A stretch of 64,000 nt of DNA, taken from positions 1,331,329 to 1,395,328 of the forward strand of contig NW_003314302.1 of assembly GCF_000143415.4 (NCBI RefSeq), in the 5' to 3' direction. Position numbers and translations under genes: made by a program. A model generated the notes under the pieces. It saw only the letters and a program-made list of their open reading frames with translations, ran no database searches and was not told the origin of the DNA. Positions 63,816 through 64,000 of the stretch are shown piece by piece. This DNA comes from Selaginella moellendorffii (lineage: Eukaryota; Plantae; Lycopodiophyta). Each line of letters begins with the position of its first letter. The first letter of the stretch is position 1.

Positions 63816-64000
63816 TGATAATCTAGCTCTCATTAAACCCTAAAGAACCTTCTATAAACATGGGGAATTGAGAGAGAACCAAGAACTAGCCACTTTCTTA
63901 TACTCCTTGTGCATACAAACATGAAATATGTAAGGTGCAACAAATGCTCAATCATGAGATAAGTCTGGAGGTAACCCCAAGTAGAGCAGAAATAAATTGC

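Overview
Eukaryotic plant nuclear DNA, most likely from a lycophyte such as Selaginella (inferred from 45-90 nt introns, ~80-100 bp intergenic gaps, a PLS-E PPR gene and a divergent CYP90-like P450). Two gene-dense islands alternate with AT-rich, transposon-derived blocks. Island 1 (1-12.2 kb): MES-type alpha/beta-hydrolase, mitoribosomal PPR-like protein (mS83-like), NDUFB10, PLS-E PPR, a broken secreted Cys-rich gene and a CYP90-like P450. Island 2 (26.6-35.7 kb): PDV2, IRE1, a stand-alone archaeal-type RibB/DHBP-synthase homologue with two compensating frameshifts, a CLE peptide and a PUT/RMV1 polyamine transporter. The repeat blocks hold four copies of one tRNA-Ala-primed Ty3/Gypsy family at different stages of decay, one of them chimeric. 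They also hold a solo LTR, a 5S-rRNA-bearing Cassandra-like TRIM fragment and foldback elements. The most striking object is a ~12.9 kb element (48312-61175) bounded by 22-bp terminal inverted repeats. Its right arm encodes a decayed Sola-like (DUF7869-type) DDE transposase. Its left arm carries one multi-exon cargo gene with a ParB/Srx-like domain, a degenerate DNA amino-methyltransferase-like domain, an acidic tract and an FCP1-like HAD phosphatase. About 25 copies of a 22-bp palindrome (ATGGCRTG-N6-CAYGCCAT) lie in its introns, UTRs and exons, and I saw none outside the element. This suggests a ParB/parS-like protein-site system carried by a eukaryotic transposon. Domain calls are by eye and need HMM or structure confirmation.
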